Below are positions 29,174-32,000 of a stretch of 32,000 nt of DNA, one piece after another. Both the position numbers and the translations under genes were made by a program. The stretch is from Pseudomonas phage phiKZ, in sequence record NC_004629.1; one strand, given 5' to 3'. Every line of letters starts with the position of its first letter. The stretch's first letter is position 1. The notes beneath the pieces were generated by a model that saw only the letters and a program-made list of their open reading frames with translations, made no database searches and was not told the origin of the DNA.

Positions 29174-29902
29174 TTAGGTCCTGAGGAGTTCTTCAATAAG
29201 CTCTACTGACTCAGATGGGTTAACAAGTGCTGATGTGATACCTTGATCAAAATAAGCCCCATTGAGTTTTGATGTTGTGTCTGAAGTATTCCAGATAACT
29301 GAACGGAATGGTACGTCGACTGGTGGATTATCCACGATATCACTGTGTCTAGTTAACACATGTCGATATAGTTGTGATATATCATCCGAGGCACGCTGAG
29401 TGGTTGAAATAATAAGTTGTAATGTAGGCCATCCACCAAGGTTAACACCAGCGTGTAAATTAGCTGTCTCAAATAATTTGGCTTTGTCATAATAGTTAAT
29501 ATACCAAGGGAAGTTTCCTTTGTTAATTAACTCATCATAGACATAGTAAGTTAATGTATCATTAACAACTAAGTAAGTATTCTGGAAAATCTTACTACCT
29601 TTATCAAAATGAAATTCTAGATAAACTTCACCATTGATGTGGACGCGTTCAGTAGAGATTGGATTTATCCGCATCATTGCAATGGTATTATTTACTGCGT
29701 AATATTCATCATTAAAAATAATAGGAAATATACCAATAGTGAATACTTCACTACCAATAACAGCTAGATGTCTTCCTGTAAATCTTTCTGGAATCTGTAT
29801 TTTACATGGGGCATTAGTTACTACTGAATTATCTTCTAAATCAGTTAGATGACTGTGGACCCGTTCTGGATCCCGTCGAAGAGAACGTACGTCCATTATC
29901 AT
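29174..29902 (-). CDS. Hypothetical phage protein, likely virion-associated (242 aa; 240 aa if started at 29896)
   Basis: ORF directly upstream of the protease-like gene. AGGA lies 3 nt from the first ATG and 9 nt from the second, which favours 29896. Confidence 0.65.
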   Translation of the reverse strand: MIMDVRSLRRDPERVHSHLTDLEDNSVVTNAPCKIQIPERFTGRHLAVIGSEVFTIGIFPIIFNDEYYAVNNTIAMMRINPISTERVHINGEVYLEFHFDKGSKIFQNTYLVVNDTLTYYVYDELINKGNFPWYINYYDKAKLFETANLHAGVNLGGWPTLQLIISTTQRASDDISQLYRHVLTRHSDIVDNPPVDVPFRSVIWNTSDTTSKLNGAYFDQGITSALVNPSESVELIEELLRT

Positions 29903-29975
29903 GTCCTAATTGTTCATTTATGTAAAGATTAAAATACTTAATCAAAATCATGCACCTTTAAATATTCGCTGTATT

Positions 29976-30003
29976 ACTCCGGTATCCTTCCAAATACCGG
30001 AGT
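29976..30003 (-). terminator. Hairpin actccggtat-(8 nt)-ataccggagt
   Basis: Perfect 10-bp stem between the minus-strand genes 30050..31609 and 29174..29902. Confidence 0.65.
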
Positions 30004-30049
30004 TTATCATCGATTGCATGTTTTAATGATTATTAACCATTAAGATAAT

Positions 30050-31609
30050 TTAATTAGAAACTTCTTCTTCGATTTCAACATCATCTAAAGTTTCAGTGCT
30101 ATCATCTTCTACAGTTTCAATAACTTCTTTTACTGGTAGTTTTGCATAAGGATCAACAACACCAGTGAACCGCTCAACTTTAATCTGTTGAGACAGCCAT
30201 GCTGCCATTAGTGAAATTAGTGATTGTGTATTGAGTTCACGTAGAGTGGCCTCAGGATACATTTGACTAAATTCATCAACTGCTAGCAGATATTGCCAGT
30301 AAACATTTTCTGTAAAGAATGTTTTACAGATAAGTTTACCAAAGGTGATATAAGGATTCTTAAGATCTTCAGTCGTCATCGTACTCATTGCTTCTTTAAT
30401 ACGATATTCGAGTTCATTAACATGGCGATCTTTAAGTTCAGTATTAATGACACCATCCATAAATGATTCATGAATGTCATTGCGTAGTTTACGTAAACCT
30501 TTATCCATAGCCGATTGTTTAATCAGCGGATATACTGATAGCCAACGTTGAATAAACTGTTCTGAGTTATTAAGAATCTGTTCTAGGTAAATGTTATTAC
30601 TACCTGCTACAGCTGCACCAAGGATAGCTTGGATGTCACCACCGGCTAATTCAAATTGAGGTGCAACATCACCATTAATGATTACTTTGCAACGAGAATT
30701 AGCAACTACATTATTAGCTTCTGAGGCTAGGATGAGTAGACCCGCATCACGATCAGCTTGACGACGTTCATAAGCACGCTTGAGATAGAATCCAAACATC
30801 TCATGTAGTTTACGAATAGTTAGTGACCATGTTTCTAGGTCAACATCACTCTCGCCAATAACTTCAACCGGGTTATCGATGTAGTGACCGCAAATCATGT
30901 AAGCCAGAGCTAGTGAATCAACAGTGAATGGGAAGGACCTACCCACAACATATTCAAGTTCACCTGGAATGAGAAGACGACCATCATTGAAGATAGAATT
31001 CCACACACCTTCAATAACAGCGGCACTATTAGGAATAGATAGTAGCCATTCTTCAACTTCAGTTTGATCTAGATGCGGATTACCCATTGACACTAACCGA
31101 ATAATTTCATTAGCATCAATTGATTCTAGAATAAAGGTACGATACTCAGGTAGCGGCTGTAAATTATTGTATCGTGTACTAACGTGTGCAGTTAAGCGGG
31201 GATCACTATGAACTGCATTATAGTGGTAGAATGTAGCGCTTACATCTGGTTGACAACTAATGCTTTGACGCTCATTAAAAACACGTACCATATATTCAAT
31301 TGCAGGGCAAATAACATTCTGCGTATTGAATTGGATCTTTTGTAATGATGAGCAGACATGTGCAATCAGAGCTTCTTGCTCTTCTTCTACACTAACAGGT
31401 TGCTCTTGGTTAGCTTCCTCGAAGAACTCTTCTACAGATGCTTCCAGCTCTTCAGAGAGGGCAACTTTATTAGAGTTGCCATCTACACTGAAACCATCTG
31501 CAAAGACCGCAAGGGGATATGTTTCATTAGGGATAACTAGAACAAGGTTATCCTCAGTTAGACTACGTGCTGAGCCAACAATCGCAGCTTGGGTTTCTTT
31601 ACAGAACAT
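30050..31609 (-). CDS. Hypothetical phage protein, possibly structural (519 aa)
   Basis: Long ORF with CTAAGGAGTGTTAAA-ATG ribosome binding site. Acidic C-terminus. Confidence 0.75.
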   Translation of the reverse strand: MFCKETQAAIVGSARSLTEDNLVLVIPNETYPLAVFADGFSVDGNSNKVALSEELEASVEEFFEEANQEQPVSVEEEQEALIAHVCSSLQKIQFNTQNVICPAIEYMVRVFNERQSISCQPDVSATFYHYNAVHSDPRLTAHVSTRYNNLQPLPEYRTFILESIDANEIIRLVSMGNPHLDQTEVEEWLLSIPNSAAVIEGVWNSIFNDGRLLIPGELEYVVGRSFPFTVDSLALAYMICGHYIDNPVEVIGESDVDLETWSLTIRKLHEMFGFYLKRAYERRQADRDAGLLILASEANNVVANSRCKVIINGDVAPQFELAGGDIQAILGAAVAGSNNIYLEQILNNSEQFIQRWLSVYPLIKQSAMDKGLRKLRNDIHESFMDGVINTELKDRHVNELEYRIKEAMSTMTTEDLKNPYITFGKLICKTFFTENVYWQYLLAVDEFSQMYPEATLRELNTQSLISLMAAWLSQQIKVERFTGVVDPYAKLPVKEVIETVEDDSTETLDDVEIEEEVSN

Positions 31610-31620
31610 TTTAACACTCC

Positions 31621-31818
31621 TTAGATATTGAGGTTCTTCATTAAGCGAGCGTTTAAAGCTGCTGCAATATCAGCCTCAGTTAAAAACTCCCCATTCAGAG
31701 ATGGGGAGCTGGTGGTGCCACCAAGCGATTGTAGAATTGCTTGAGTACCTAGTTTAACAGCAGCATGAAGAACAGCAATGTTCTGACCATGTGCTACATT
31801 ATTACTTAGCTTTTGCAT
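31621..31818 (-). CDS. Hypothetical small phage protein (65 aa)
   Basis: GAGGAAACACTA-ATG ribosome binding site, overlapping the end of the upstream gene. Confidence 0.65.
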   Translation of the reverse strand: MQKLSNNVAHGQNIAVLHAAVKLGTQAILQSLGGTTSSPSLNGEFLTEADIAAALNARLMKNLNI

Positions 31819-32000
31819 TAGTGTTTCCTCTATATACAGCTACAAGATGTTTTCCAGCTGCCCACAAGATACCAGTTGTTGTAGCAATGATTTTAGGAGA
31901 TAGAACCATTCGTTCTTCTACCGATGTATTACCGAATAGTAGATCAATATTACGGCCATCTTCAGTTTCATTACGTCCAGTCATTACACGGGAGAATACC
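31802..32000 (-). CDS. Hypothetical phage protein, partial (5' end outside the window)
   Basis: The frame is open through the right edge (...VFSRVMTGRNETEDGRNIDLLFGN...), so the ATG at 31984 need not be the start. Confidence 0.55.
   Translation of the reverse strand, partial: VFSRVMTGRNETEDGRNIDLLFGNTSVEERMVLSPKIIATTTGILWAAGKHLVAVYRGNTNAKAK

Overview
This 32 kb window is densely coding phage DNA, best read as part of a large, jumbo-type myovirus genome. A phiKZ-like lineage is an inference, drawn from a UvsX/RecA-like ATPase, an SbcC/gp46-like ATPase, RNase HI, a spike plus PAAR tip, a prohead-protease-like protein, and two adjacent paralogous inner-head-like proteins. Genes are arranged in several convergent and divergent blocks. 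The left edge cuts a long collagen-like fibre gene that is open at its 5' end, and the right edge cuts a minus-strand gene. I saw no tRNA, rRNA, CRISPR array or IS element, but tRNAs were not exhaustively folded. The main observations beyond ordinary gene content are: (1) a family of near-identical GCCCTCCC/GGGAGGGC hairpins with a conserved, U-poor TTATKTCGT-type tail at every convergent gene junction; (2) two near-identical bipartite promoter-like elements (ACACTAAAAAA, 16-17 nt, TATATTAC) driving short units of small uncharacterised and membrane proteins; (3) a 12-codon leader ORF overlapping a 14-bp palindrome that contains the Shine-Dalgarno of the next gene; (4) a modular collagen/beta-module fibre; (5) divergent ATPase motifs in the recombination-type proteins; (6) a missed 58-aa CDS. 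I found no clear-cut undescribed defence system. The best unknown-function candidate is the 21.8-23.8 kb cassette.
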